From IMG/VR virus record IMGVR_UViG_3300037782_000008, positions 1-36,328 of that record: a stretch of DNA of 36,328 nucleotides; one strand, written 5' to 3'. This document shows, in pieces, positions 22,567 to 30,684 of this stretch (position 1 is the first letter of the stretch; every line of letters starts with the position of its first letter). Source of the stretch: a virus. Taxonomy: Duplodnaviria > Caudoviricetes. Below the pieces are notes generated by a model. That model did no database searches, was not told the DNA's origin, and saw only the letters and a program-made list of their open reading frames with translations. The position numbers were made by a program, and so were the translations under genes.

Positions 22567-25040
22567 CAGGACAAGTCCCCAATCTTCACACGCAACACGT
22601 TGTTGTCATAGATCAATATCTTGTTATCAACAATCTCAACACGGTCAGCCGCAGTCTCATCCGAGATAGCAATCTGCGCCGCAGTAACAGACCCCGTGAC
22701 TAACAGATCACCGTCAATCACTTCCTCTTGCTCATTCCAGCTATCCGCCGGGGTCGCGCCGGAACCTTCTTCGTATATCCAGACAGACTGTGCGGTCGGA
22801 TTTGCAATGGTGCCGGTGTAGAACCAAGCGCGGTCAAAATCCACAGGATCGCCAATGGCATTGGTAAAGTCCGTGTGAGCGCCAGACGAGGTCGTCGGCA
22901 GTGTGGTGACGCCGATGTAATAGGTGCCGCCACCGCGCGTCTCAGCGCCCGCCTGCGTGGTCGCAGATGCAACCGCGCTTTCGGCGCTTTCATTGCCTGT
23001 GTAATCCAGCGCCGTGACCCAATAGTAATAGGTCGTTTCATCGTCCAAGGCGCTTTCGGCAAAGCTGTCAGCCGCCACGCGGCCAACCAGGCTTGCCGTG
23101 CCAAAGTTGTTCGAACCGTTGCGATATACCTTGTATTGGAACAAGTCCTTTAGGTCGCTGCCATCGGTGTTCTGCGTCGGCGCATCCCACGAAAGCTGGA
23201 TTGCGCCCTGGCCACCACTCGCCGTGACGTTGCTTGGCGCATTGGGCGTGGTGCCGTCATCGCCGGTTGAGACTGGCGACACAGACGACGCAAACGGCGA
23301 CTTGACGCCGAACCCGTTGACCGCCCGCACCCGGTAATCATAAGACGCACCGCTGATCGCCGGGGCGAGGTAGAACTCGGTCGTGCGAATGGTTGTCGAG
23401 TTCCAGTCGCTGTCGGTCGATAGCTTCCACTGGAAATCAAACTGGTCCACTAGTTCTTCCTCGGAGGTGGACCAGCTAAACCTGATCTGCGGAACGGTCG
23501 TGCCGTCATTGTTGACGGTCGTGCCGATTACCGCAGCGTTTAGACTTGGCGTCGGGACATCAAGCGCCGAAAGCAGGCTGCTATTGTTCGCAATGATTGC
23601 CGTTTCTTCGGCGTTCCAGTCAAACGCGGCTTCGCTGGTTTCTTGCAGCGACAGGTGGACACGCGGTGCGCCGTTCTCGGCGGACTTCAGTTGCCACCCG
23701 ACAACCTCAAACTCTTTCTGCGTCCAGCCATAGCGTTCATTGCTGAAGGTGATGATGTCGCCCACTTCAACGTCAAACGCTTTGAGGCTAAAGTCCGCGT
23801 CCATCCTGATCTGCTCACGGGCGCGGTAGAGCGTCAGCTTGGCAAGCCGCTGGGCTGTCGCGGCGCTCGTCGTAAACGGCAACTCAAGATCAAGCGCCTG
23901 CTCCTCGCCGCCGTCCTCGGTCTTGAAAACGCTGCTTTCGATCTGCGGGTAATCGACCGTGATCCAGTCCTGGTCGCTGTCGTTAAACGTGCCCCGCACT
24001 GTGTTAAAAAGGTCACGCGCGTTGGTGCGCGGGCTAACGCTGATCGAGCCGCGCAGATCGTCCAGCGTGAAGTTCTTGACCGGCGCGGAGTATGCACCCG
24101 GAATCAGCTTCCAGTCGCCCATGCCCCAGAACAAGGTGCCAGCGCAGCACGTCACCATTTTGTTCAGCACGTCACCGTGAGGCGTGTTCGCCTGCACGAT
24201 GCCATTCATGGTGTATTTCTTTTCGGTGCCGCCGACCGACAAGGGCACGTCAATGTCGCATTCGTTTGCCGCAGCCTGGAAGGCCACGTCGTCAACATCG
24301 CTGTCGTTTAGGCCGTATGCGCTGGTCAGGTAGTCGCGCAGGCACAAGGCCGGATTGTCGCTGTATGCCGTCGTGTCTGTGCGCGGATCATAGACCTTCT
24401 TGCCCTTTACGACTGCCGTAATGGTCGGCAGGCCGTTAGCAAACACGTCCTGATCGTATTGAAAGCGGACATAGATATAGGCGATGTTGTAGCCGACAAA
24501 GCTGCTGTCGATCTGCGCACTTTCGCTCAGAAGGTTTGCATCGGCGGTCGTCTGATCGCCTAGATGCTTTTTAATGCGTATCTTGTTGTCCCACTTGCCG
24601 CCAACAAATCCGCCCCCGCTTAGCGATACCACCTCATCATTGATGTAGATGTCACCAATTTCCTCGACCTCGTGCCCCGCCAAGGCAATGACGCGGTGCA
24701 GATACTTGTTGTCCTCTCCGGTCACTTCATCATACACAACCGTTCCGCCCTTGCGCACCTGCCCATAGACGAAATCATGCGGCATTATTGCGCCGCGCGT
24801 GTTGACCAGGATTCCGCCGCTGTTGAGACTGGAAAAGTCCGGCTTGGGGGCAAGGGCGTTTAACGCCCATGATGTCACAGAGGTCACAACTAGATAAGTT
24901 GCGGCTTGTATTAAAAGAACGCCAACCGTTGATGTAACGCTCAAGCTCGCAGCAATACTGGCACCAATGCTGATAGGATCACGCGGGGCGCGTTCCCATT
25001 GGCGGACATGGCGCAGAACGTTGAAAGGATGGTTATTCAT
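22566..25040 (-). CDS. Central tail fibre / tip attachment protein (gpJ-like) with fibronectin III domains
   Basis: VYGQVRKGG, VKGKKVYDPR, SDNPALCLRDYL, FN3 (YDYRVRAVN; YYYWVTALD), C-terminal LRVKIGDL. Confidence 0.9.
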   Translation of the reverse strand: MNNHPFNVLRHVRQWERAPRDPISIGASIAASLSVTSTVGVLLIQAATYLVVTSVTSWALNALAPKPDFSSLNSGGILVNTRGAIMPHDFVYGQVRKGGTVVYDEVTGEDNKYLHRVIALAGHEVEEIGDIYINDEVVSLSGGGFVGGKWDNKIRIKKHLGDQTTADANLLSESAQIDSSFVGYNIAYIYVRFQYDQDVFANGLPTITAVVKGKKVYDPRTDTTAYSDNPALCLRDYLTSAYGLNDSDVDDVAFQAAANECDIDVPLSVGGTEKKYTMNGIVQANTPHGDVLNKMVTCCAGTLFWGMGDWKLIPGAYSAPVKNFTLDDLRGSISVSPRTNARDLFNTVRGTFNDSDQDWITVDYPQIESSVFKTEDGGEEQALDLELPFTTSAATAQRLAKLTLYRAREQIRMDADFSLKAFDVEVGDIITFSNERYGWTQKEFEVVGWQLKSAENGAPRVHLSLQETSEAAFDWNAEETAIIANNSSLLSALDVPTPSLNAAVIGTTVNNDGTTVPQIRFSWSTSEEELVDQFDFQWKLSTDSDWNSTTIRTTEFYLAPAISGASYDYRVRAVNGFGVKSPFASSVSPVSTGDDGTTPNAPSNVTASGGQGAIQLSWDAPTQNTDGSDLKDLFQYKVYRNGSNNFGTASLVGRVAADSFAESALDDETTYYYWVTALDYTGNESAESAVASATTQAGAETRGGGTYYIGVTTLPTTSSGAHTDFTNAIGDPVDFDRAWFYTGTIANPTAQSVWIYEEGSGATPADSWNEQEEVIDGDLLVTGSVTAAQIAISDETAADRVEIVDNKILIYDNNVLRVKIGDLS

Positions 25041-25452
25041 TTGGATCGACCCACCCATTCTCAATATCGGTCAGCGGCATAAATACCACACCTTCCGCAC
25101 CGACAAAAGCGCCGCGCCGCCCGGTGCAGATACCCAAGGCAACGCCAGTCACCCAGCGCCGCGACCGCCGCGTGGTAATCAGCGCACCCGCTGGGGGGAT
25201 ATGGTCCACTCTTGTTAGACGCCCGTCTAACAAAACTTCCAGCGCGTGAAAGCCATACTCCTCACGCATCGCATCCCGACCCAAAGGCTTGCCGTTGCGC
25301 ATATACCGCTCAAGAAGATCATCCGCCCAACCATGCCCGTGCATCCTGTGCCAAGCAGTATTGGTAAACGTCAGGCAATCGTGAACGCCCCACTCAAATG
25401 GCTGATCGGCCACTTCCTTCAGATAGGCGGTTAGCTGCTTTTCCGGCCCCAT
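25033..25452 (-). CDS. NlpC/P60-like tail tip protein (gpK-like)
   Basis: PFEWGVHDCLTF motif; located between L-like and J-like genes. Confidence 0.8.
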   Translation of the reverse strand: MGPEKQLTAYLKEVADQPFEWGVHDCLTFTNTAWHRMHGHGWADDLLERYMRNGKPLGRDAMREEYGFHALEVLLDGRLTRVDHIPPAGALITTRRSRRWVTGVALGICTGRRGAFVGAEGVVFMPLTDIENGWVDPNE

Positions 25453-26063
25453 GCCACGTCCTTATCCTGTAGGTCAGCGACAAACGAAAAGAACGTATCG
25501 CCAGGGTGCCGCGTTTGTTGGCTTTCATGCGTGTAGCGCCGATTGCTGGCCTCGTTCAGCCGAACCAGCTTGCTATCGACCGACAAGCTAACCGTGGCCG
25601 TCTGACCATCGTCCTCAAACGGAATGGTGTTTGCATAGCCGGTCCAGATTTGCTGGGCAAAGGTGACGCGCGTCCCGTCATCGTTCCAATAGGTGTCGTC
25701 GTCCCAGAACGTCGCATCGTCCCAAGTCGCGCCAAGCCCGTCCGAGGGAACTGTGGCGCCGTAATACACCCGCACCTTGCGATTGCTAATCGGCTCGGTC
25801 AGCGCCAGCGAAAGCACCGTTTCATCTAGCCCGCTCAGGCTGATCGTGATCGACTTGGCCGACAGGTCATTGACTTCCTCAAAGCCCGAGAAGCCCAGAA
25901 GGTTGCCAGCGCCGATGAAGGTGTTGCCGTCAATCGTGATCTCGCCATAGCCCGTCCACAGGCGCAGCGGCCCTTCATCCAGATCAAGCTGGGCGGCAAA
26001 GAACGGCTGAACTTCTTTTTCTTCCAGCAGGTCTCTTAGAGTGGCGTCAATGTTGCGGCTCAT
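25431..26063 (-). CDS. Tail tip / baseplate hub protein (gpL-like)
   Basis: LRLWTGYG...FIGAGNLL...RRYTHESQ...PGDTFFSFV...VAWGR; GGAGG RBS before ATG 26063. Confidence 0.8.
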   Translation of the reverse strand: MSRNIDATLRDLLEEKEVQPFFAAQLDLDEGPLRLWTGYGEITIDGNTFIGAGNLLGFSGFEEVNDLSAKSITISLSGLDETVLSLALTEPISNRKVRVYYGATVPSDGLGATWDDATFWDDDTYWNDDGTRVTFAQQIWTGYANTIPFEDDGQTATVSLSVDSKLVRLNEASNRRYTHESQQTRHPGDTFFSFVADLQDKDVAWGRKSS

Positions 26064-26644
26064 ATTGCCTCCATTGCGCCGAAGGTGATGCCGTAGATGC
26101 TGGCCTCGTTGATCGACCAAGCCTGCTCGTTGCTGGCAAGCCGGAACACACCAACCGTGTTGCTCAAGGTCGCTGACTCAGCCGTAACATCCCGCCGAAG
26201 GTGCGGCCAGATTTCCAAGTTGCCCGTGCCATCCTGATCTTGCAGCACCTTATGCAGCGTGGCGCTGGATGCCGAGCCAAGCTGGATATAGTCACCAGCC
26301 AGAAGCGTTCCCGTCATGGTGACAGACAACGTGCCGCTGCCGGTCGTGCCAGTCACGGTTGCCGAGGTCGCCGTGCCGCGTGGCGTCGCGCAAAGCGGGT
26401 CGCCAAGCAGAAAGGTTTTTGCCCTGCCTCGCAGAGAAAGCAGCCAAGCAAGCCACACCTCCGCATCCGACCGGCGCATCGGCGGCAAGGTCAGGTCAGC
26501 CTGCCACATCTGCCCGTCATACTCATAAGACGTGCCGCCAAACGTGAATGGCGACATGTCATAAGCCGTGGCACTCACGGCCCGCAGTTCAACGTTGCGA
26601 ATGCCCGTGTGCGAGGGAAGGTCACGAGGGTATGAAATCGCCAT
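26060..26644 (-). CDS. Distal tail protein (Dit)
   Basis: Follows the TMP; SPFT...WQADLTLPPM...SLRGRAKTFLLGDP. Confidence 0.78.
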   Translation of the reverse strand: MAISYPRDLPSHTGIRNVELRAVSATAYDMSPFTFGGTSYEYDGQMWQADLTLPPMRRSDAEVWLAWLLSLRGRAKTFLLGDPLCATPRGTATSATVTGTTGSGTLSVTMTGTLLAGDYIQLGSASSATLHKVLQDQDGTGNLEIWPHLRRDVTAESATLSNTVGVFRLASNEQAWSINEASIYGITFGAMEAI

Positions 26645-28623
26645 CAGAATGCCCTTCCGTAGCTACCGCCGCGCAGCTTTGCATCCGCCACCGCCGCCTT
26701 CGCGCTGTCGGCAATCTGCGGCATGAGCGACTTGATTTCCGTGCGGACAGTCTGCGCAACGCCAGTGCTGACGTTGATGGTCTGGTTGACCGTGACGCCG
26801 TTGCCGTTGCCCATCTGGTTGTTCGGCACGATATGGCCGCTGCGGCTCGGCACAAACAGTTCCGGCCCCTTCTCGCCCACCATATACGGCTGCTGGCCGG
26901 TCACAGGGCCACCCATGGCGCGGCGGCCCGCAAGAGCGCCAGGAAGCTCGCTGATGACCGTTGCCGCCTGCCCAGAAGATAGGCCCGGACCCGCAAGGCC
27001 GCCAATCGCGCCTTCAATAAATCCAGTGATCTTCTTCACGACGAAGACGCGGTAAAGCTCTTTGATGATGCTGGCGGCCATGCTGCGGAATGACTCTGCG
27101 ACCGTCTTGGTGCCATCAACCGCCGACATCATCGCATCCTCAAAGCTGCCCGCGATGCTCTTGCCCAAAGACTGCATCTTTTCTTCAAGCGGCGTAAGCT
27201 GTTCAATGGCTTCCTTTAGGTCGGTGTTGACGGCTTCTGCAATCTGCCGCGCCGCGCCAGAGCCAGCACTTCCTGTGTCTGTGAGCGCCTTCCTCAATTT
27301 CCCGAGTTGCTCAAGCCGTTGCTGGTTAGCTTGGAACACCTCAGCTTCAGCGTCAATCTGGTCAGCGATTGCTTGTGCTTGCGCAATGGTAACAGCCTCA
27401 GTCGCGTTCAGTTCAAGCTCACGGCGCTTTCTGAACGCTTCAACGCTGGCATCAAGCTGACCCGCCCCAGATGTAAGCGCGTCAATTTCTGCCTGAAGAA
27501 TTTGACCACGCTCACGCATACCAGCCAAAGCACCAGGAGCGGCGGCGAGTGCGCTTTGAACGGCCAGGGCTGATTGCGCTGCATTGGAAAGCTCAATGGA
27601 AAGCAGCCTCGCAGACTTGGCAGCTTCGTCGGTAGAGCCGCCTGCATCGTCAACGGAATCACCCATTTCCTCCGCATCTTGACCCATGCGGTCGAAAATA
27701 CCCTGCTGGTCAAGAAGAGAAACAAGTCTATTTGCAAAGTTCTCCATCGGGCCTTCTGCGAGGCCATCCAAGTGGGCATTCATTGTTGCAACAGACCTTG
27801 AAAGCTCTTCAAAGCTGTTGGCCCTTTTTATCTCTTCCAAGTTGTCCAAGAATATCTGGAAGTTCCTAATGGACATCCCAGTTTCGTCTTGGAAGTCTTC
27901 TGCGTCGTCAAGCGCATCCATAAACGCCATTCTCGCACCTGCGCTGGCGTTGCCCAACTTCAACATTTCTTCATAGTTGGTGCGAATTGCTTCAGTGATC
28001 CTGTCAAACTCATCTTCCGTGTCCTGAAGCGGCTTGCCCGCTTCAGAAAGAAGATCAGAAATAGACTGCTGGAATGTCTCTAGCCTCACTTGATCCAAGC
28101 GATCTACAAGCGCCTGAACATCAGCCTCCGCATCGCTAAATGTTTTGCTGAGGTATAAATCAAATTGCTCTCCGACAAGCTGGGCATTGTCACCAAGTTT
28201 GCTTAGAGCAGACGAAAGGCTGACAACTGGCTTCTCAGCTTCTTCTGACGCAGAACTAGCCTTGCTAATCGCAACAGACACGGCGGAAAAGATTGCGACC
28301 GCAGCACCCAGAACAGCGCCGACCGGCCCAAAGATGCCAAGCAACTGAGAACCCTGCTGGCCGAAAGCCTGCATCTTGTTGGTGCCATTGGCGACCTGAA
28401 CCGCAAAGTCACCAACTTGGAAACCGGCCTGCTGAAGCGCACCCTTGGCCCACTTGTTCGTTGCGACAGAGGTCGCATTATATTGCCTAGCATGAGTGGA
28501 AATCGTGCGGTTTGCCGCCTTCACCTGCCGGTCAACACGCGAAATCTGCTGCTGGACCTTTTGGAATTGAGGGACAGCGTTGCCGGTGACGTTAAACCGA
28601 AATGTAAGGTCTTCAGTTGCCAT
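26644..28623 (-). CDS. Tape measure protein
   Basis: 659 aa, helical and Ala-rich; QVGDFAVQV...QQGSQL; C-terminal RAMGGPV...VGEKGPELFVP. Confidence 0.92.
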   Translation of the reverse strand: MATEDLTFRFNVTGNAVPQFQKVQQQISRVDRQVKAANRTISTHARQYNATSVATNKWAKGALQQAGFQVGDFAVQVANGTNKMQAFGQQGSQLLGIFGPVGAVLGAAVAIFSAVSVAISKASSASEEAEKPVVSLSSALSKLGDNAQLVGEQFDLYLSKTFSDAEADVQALVDRLDQVRLETFQQSISDLLSEAGKPLQDTEDEFDRITEAIRTNYEEMLKLGNASAGARMAFMDALDDAEDFQDETGMSIRNFQIFLDNLEEIKRANSFEELSRSVATMNAHLDGLAEGPMENFANRLVSLLDQQGIFDRMGQDAEEMGDSVDDAGGSTDEAAKSARLLSIELSNAAQSALAVQSALAAAPGALAGMRERGQILQAEIDALTSGAGQLDASVEAFRKRRELELNATEAVTIAQAQAIADQIDAEAEVFQANQQRLEQLGKLRKALTDTGSAGSGAARQIAEAVNTDLKEAIEQLTPLEEKMQSLGKSIAGSFEDAMMSAVDGTKTVAESFRSMAASIIKELYRVFVVKKITGFIEGAIGGLAGPGLSSGQAATVISELPGALAGRRAMGGPVTGQQPYMVGEKGPELFVPSRSGHIVPNNQMGNGNGVTVNQTINVSTGVAQTVRTEIKSLMPQIADSAKAAVADAKLRGGSYGRAF

Positions 28624-28771
28624 CGGCCTTCCGCTCCTCAATCACGCTAAAGTATGCGACCCATTCATTATACTCCGAAAGAGATATTTCCTCAATCTCA
28701 CTGATTGTCTTCCCAAGCCGGTCAGCAAGCGCAATCAGATTAAGCCTGAATGGGTCGCCCTTTAGTTTTTT
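28613..28771 (-). CDS. Tail assembly chaperone GT extension (-1 frameshift product)
   Basis: Slippery A-AAA-AAC at 28771-28765. The -1 frame reads LKGDPFRLNLIALADRLGKTISEIEEISLSEYNEWVAYF...GN*. Confidence 0.8.
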   Translation of the reverse strand, partial: KKLKGDPFRLNLIALADRLGKTISEIEEISLSEYNEWVAYFSVIEERKADGN

Positions 28772-29106
28772 TCATGCGCCTCAACGCTATCCGCGCCGAA
28801 GACGTTCCCGAAAAGACCAGCGATGACACCGACAGGCTCACCCATCAGAACCGCCTTGTCCTCAAGCGTAAACGCCTTTTCGCCTTCTTGCGTTTCGCAC
28901 TTCAGAATAATCATCTCAACCATTGCCGACATTGAGGCGCTGGTCAGAAAGTCTTTGTGCTTGCGCTGGACCTTTTCAATGTCCCGCGCCGTAACAGGGC
29001 CAAAGTAGAGGCGAAGAGGTTGACCCTCCTCGCCCCACTCTTCAACCTCTGCAAAGCTGCGCTCTTGCGCCTGTCGCTTCGCCGCGATCTGCTTTGCAAT
29101 GCTCAT
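28762..29106 (-). CDS. Tail assembly chaperone (gpG-like)
   Basis: Between tail tube and TMP; ends EKN at the slippery site. Confidence 0.85.
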   Translation of the reverse strand: MSIAKQIAAKRQAQERSFAEVEEWGEEGQPLRLYFGPVTARDIEKVQRKHKDFLTSASMSAMVEMIILKCETQEGEKAFTLEDKAVLMGEPVGVIAGLFGNVFGADSVEAHEKN

Positions 29107-29118
29107 TTAGCAGTCTCC

Positions 29119-29511
29119 TTATGCAACAGTGTCTTCAGTCAAGGCACCATTGCCCTGAACCGAAATCGACATCTCAACAAGGCCATCATAGCTGCTGTTG
29201 ATAGTGCGGCCAGTCACAATGGCACTGCCCGTGTAGAAAGTGTCGCCGCTGGTGTCACCCTCGGGGTAAAGGTTCAGAGTGACCTCAGTGCCGATGGTCA
29301 AAGCGCCCTGGCCGGTCGTGTCAGTCTCGTCCCACAGCACGTCAACAGTGCCAGTGTAGTTGGTCAGAGAAGACTTGTAAGTGCGAGCCGTGTCGCCCAT
29401 GCTGGTGTCTTCAAGCGTATCAGCCGTTTCCTCAATCGAGAAAGAACGGATTTCCGCAATCGCGTCGGAACCGACCTTAACGGTCCCCTCGCTGCCGGTA
29501 TGTGTAGCCAT
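29119..29511 (-). CDS. Major tail tube protein
   Basis: 130 aa, Thr-rich; EDTSMGD...YTGSAIVT...SVQGNGALT; AGGAGG RBS. Confidence 0.88.
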   Translation of the reverse strand: MATHTGSEGTVKVGSDAIAEIRSFSIEETADTLEDTSMGDTARTYKSSLTNYTGTVDVLWDETDTTGQGALTIGTEVTLNLYPEGDTSGDTFYTGSAIVTGRTINSSYDGLVEMSISVQGNGALTEDTVA

Positions 29512-29523
29512 AGGAGCCTCCTG

Positions 29524-29967
29524 TTATCTGGCCGTTTCCACGTCCCCGATAGTCGTAACATATCGGACATCGTAAGTTAAGCGAGCGATGCCAACAGGCG
29601 TGTCGCTCTCACCGCTGAAGTCAATCTCCGTCGATTGCAAAACAGCAGTCTTTGCAAGGCCGTTGACATCAAAGTCACCAGCTATTGCCTCTTCGACCTG
29701 AACGGCCAAAGCGTCCACGTCATCATCAAAGCTATCCGTCACGGAGATGTAGCAGTCCACAAAGATCGTTACCGTGCGGTCTAACGTCTTCGCGCCCATC
29801 GCCATCAAGCCAGACGACTCAGAGCCTGTGAGAACCGTCAGGGCGGGCAAGTTGTCAGCCGATAGGGGATAGACCCGAGACTTGTATACACGGCCACTCA
29901 CGATCGTCACAGCGCCCGTCAGGACCGATCCAACCCTGTCCCTAATCTGAGTGCGGACATGCGCCAC
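29524..29967 (-). CDS. Tail terminator (gpU-like)
   Basis: HVRTQIRD...VYKSRVYPL...LPAL; located before the tail tube. Confidence 0.78.
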   Translation of the reverse strand: MAHVRTQIRDRVGSVLTGAVTIVSGRVYKSRVYPLSADNLPALTVLTGSESSGLMAMGAKTLDRTVTIFVDCYISVTDSFDDDVDALAVQVEEAIAGDFDVNGLAKTAVLQSTEIDFSGESDTPVGIARLTYDVRYVTTIGDVETAR

Positions 29968-30263
29968 TAGCTTTTCTCCAGTTGCAGTGTCGTCACACCA
30001 GTTCCGTCATGCACCCAAGCCTTAATGGCATACGTCACGCCGCTGATGACGATTGGCTGATCTTCAGCGACGGAAGGCACATCAACAGTGCGGCAAGTAA
30101 AGCGAGGCTGCTCCTGATGCACCTGAGCAAACCCACCCGCTTCGACAGGCACAGTTTCATTGTCAAAGATACCCTGAATGGTTCCGCCATCATAGGTGGC
30201 CGCAACCGCGAAATCATTTAAGTCCAAAAGGAAAAGGATGTCATTATTCAGGCTGATCGTCAT
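29967..30263 (-). CDS. Head-closure / head-tail joining protein (gpFII-like)
   Basis: IQGIFDN...QPRFTCRT...DGTGVTTLQLE. Confidence 0.78.
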   Translation of the reverse strand: MTISLNNDILFLLDLNDFAVAATYDGGTIQGIFDNETVPVEAGGFAQVHQEQPRFTCRTVDVPSVAEDQPIVISGVTYAIKAWVHDGTGVTTLQLEKS

Positions 30264-30408
30264 CTTTGACTTCCTTAGCGGGGTCATACTTTTCAGCATA
30301 GCCGCGCGAAATCAGCTTATCCGCAATGTCTGCCGGAACATCATGGACGCCGCCAGACTTGTGGCCCTGCCCGTTCCAGCTTGCCTTCTTGAGCAGCTTA
30401 ATCTTCAT
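30244..30408 (-). CDS. Small head-associated protein, 54 aa (MKIKLLKKASWNG...)
   Basis: GGAGG RBS; G-x-V-H-D-V...ADKLISRGYAE motif. Confidence 0.65.
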   Translation of the reverse strand: MKIKLLKKASWNGQGHKSGGVHDVPADIADKLISRGYAEKYDPAKEVKDDDQPE

Positions 30409-30625
30409 GCTTCTTCCTCCGACCGCGCTTCTTCGGAGCCGGAACAGTGCTTTCCTCCAGCCCCACGGAACGGTCCTGCTTGTCTTCTTTCGGAGCAGGC
30501 GCGGTATACTCGATACGGCCCATTGCAGTAAGCGCACGGGCCTCGTCAGCGGCGATGTTGATGACATCACCAGCTTGGCGGCGACCGCCCGCTGCGAAAC
30601 AAGACTTCAAGACAACATAAGGCAT
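30398..30625 (-). CDS. Small head-associated protein, 75 aa (gpFI-like position)
   Basis: GAGGAG RBS; AGDVINI...EARALTAMGR; basic tail PKKRGRRKK. Confidence 0.7.
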   Translation of the reverse strand: MPYVVLKSCFAAGGRRQAGDVINIAADEARALTAMGRIEYTAPAPKEDKQDRSVGLEESTVPAPKKRGRRKKHED

Positions 30626-30644
30626 AGGTTTCTCCTCAGAGGGT

Positions 30645-30677
30645 GTGGTCGAGCCACGATTGGTATGGCTCGACCAC
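30645..30677. terminator. Stem-loop after the capsid gene (terminator or stabiliser)
   Basis: GTGGTCGAGCCA-N9-TGGCTCGACCAC; no clear U-tract on the minus strand. Confidence 0.5.
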
Positions 30678-30684
30678 TTTAGCA

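Noticed and set aside
27584-27604. Partial matches to the 21-bp repeat (also near 5989 and 35994)
   Set aside because: Only 10-11 nt, inside coding sequence and lacking the CCCCT half; compatible with chance.
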